A stretch of DNA of 64,000 bases, from positions 64,001-128,000 of the forward strand of contig JBFMHR010000001.1 in assembly GCA_040751795.1 (NCBI GenBank), in the 5' to 3' direction. The notes under the pieces are model-generated. The model was not told the DNA's origin and made no database searches. It worked only from the letters and a program-made list of their open reading frames with translations. How positions within the stretch are numbered: the stretch's first letter is position 1; each line of letters starts with the position of its first letter. The stretch is from Thermoplasmatota archaeon (lineage in GTDB: Archaea > Thermoplasmatota > Thermoplasmata > UBA10834). The position numbers and the translations under genes were made by a program. Positions 63,026-64,000 of this stretch are shown one piece after another.

Positions 63026-64000
63026 ATGTCAAGCACGCCTAACTACAAGCAAGGGGACTCTGTCGCACCTGGGGACAGGCAGTTCAGGACAGACTCCGGA
63101 TGGGATCTGGAGCCCCAGATCAGCTCCAACGCCAGGACGGTGCTCGAGCGGAGGTACCTGAAGAAGGACGACGACGGCAAGCCGGTCGAGACTCCGCGGC
63201 AGCTGTTCGAGCGGGTGGCCAGGGCGATAGCCTCAGCGGAGGCGAACTACGGCGCCGGGGAAGCCGAGGTCGAGAAGGTCGCCGAGAAGTTCTATGAGAT
63301 GATGGCCCGGCTCGACTTCATGCCCAACAGCCCGACGCTGATGAACGCCGGGAGGGAGCTGGGCCAGCTCTCCGCGTGCTTCGTCCTGCCCATAGGGGAC
63401 TCGATGGAGCAGATCTTCGACGCCGTCAAGTACACCGCCCTCATCCACAAGTGCCTCGTCCCAGAGACCATGGTCATGACCGACGTGGGCTGCATGAGGC
63501 TCGGGGCCGTGACGCCCGGCGCATGGATCGAGACCCACGAGGGGATGGAGGCCGTCGCCGAGAGGCATGAGAACGGGACCCAGGAGGTCTTCACACTCGA
63601 GACCGAGGAGGGCTACTCCATCACCGGGACAGCCCTGCACAGGCTCCTCGCTAGGACCGCCTCCGGCGACCTCGAGTGGAGGAGGATAGGCCAGCTGAGG
63701 CCTGGGTCCGAAGTGGTGATGAAGCTCGGGGGGTGGCTCGGCGGGGCCGAGCCGGCCGTGCCCCACGAGGCGTCGGAGTTCGCAGGCGGCGTCGACGACA
63801 GGGTCCTCAGGGCCGACGAGCCCGGGCTCTGCGAGTTCCTCAGGAGGGCCTTCGGCGACCACGGGTGGGTCTCGCCCGCCGGCATGGTCTCGGCGGAGCT
63901 GCCGTCCGAGCGGCTCGCGAAGGACGTACAGACGATGATGTTCTACGTCGGGATACCGACCACTAGGGAGGGGGCGCGCCTCGCAGTGAGCACCGCCTCC
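63026..64000 (+). CDS. nrdJ: Class II (adenosylcobalamin) ribonucleotide reductase, partial, intein-containing
   Basis: Manual translation: NARTVLERRYL, ETP..LFERVA, FMPNSPTLMNAG, QLSACFVL, DSMEQIF, ALIHK; no stop in the window. Confidence 0.92.
   Translation, partial: MSSTPNYKQGDSVAPGDRQFRTDSGWDLEPQISSNARTVLERRYLKKDDDGKPVETPRQLFERVARAIASAEANYGAGEAEVEKVAEKFYEMMARLDFMPNSPTLMNAGRELGQLSACFVLPIGDSMEQIFDAVKYTALIHKCLVPETMVMTDVGCMRLGAVTPGAWIETHEGMEAVAERHENGTQEVFTLETEEGYSITGTALHRLLARTASGDLEWRRIGQLRPGSEVVMKLGGWLGGAEPAVPHEASEFAGGVDDRVLRADEPGLCEFLRRAFGDHGWVSPAGMVSAELPSERLAKDVQTMMFYVGIPTTREGARLAVSTAS
63452..64000 (+). mobile_element. Intein in NrdJ with a degenerate LAGLIDADG-type endonuclease region (partial)
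   Basis: After ALIHK, block A CLVPETMVMT, block B GYSITGTALHRLL, WRRIGQLRPG, then EFLRRAFGDHG and SERLAKDVQTMMFYVGI. Confidence 0.88.

Overview
GC-rich archaeal chromosomal segment, most consistent with an uncultured Thermoplasmatota lineage. This is an inference from egsA, UPF0179, DUF1614, pdaD, archaeal SepF, a SAMP/MoaD, PEF-CTERM proteins and a Rab-like GTPase. It is densely coding, with about 70 CDS and one tRNA-His(GUG). Housekeeping and metabolic genes include pdaD plus a deoxyhypusine synthase-like gene, sdhCDAB, hom, argF, udp, an ADP-forming acyl-CoA synthetase, rtcB, a RecJ-like gene, egsA and a class II ribonucleotide reductase with an intein that runs off the right edge. I saw no CRISPR array, integrase or transposase. 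The most unusual elements are: (i) a three-gene zinc-ribbon cluster whose largest member joins cytoplasmic Zn-ribbons, GLVNGT hexapeptide repeats, a TM helix, an extracellular sugar-binding/Asp-box region and a PEF-CTERM, next to soluble paralogs of its cytoplasmic part; (ii) a pseudoknot/kissing-loop RNA leader in front of an unannotated 41-aa ORF; (iii) a hairpin leader with two tiny Lys-rich ORFs divergent from the Rab-like GTPase; (iv) a CBS-CBS-variant HdrA-MvhD/HdrD operon; (v) a 45-aa stand-alone copy of the NrdJ C-terminal Cys tail; (vi) a non-catalytic protein ending in a class Ia aaRS anticodon-binding domain; (vii) a pseudo-histidine kinase/receiver pair; and (viii) operator repeats and an anti-SD leader before nrdJ. 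All family assignments come from reading motifs by eye; no database searches were run.
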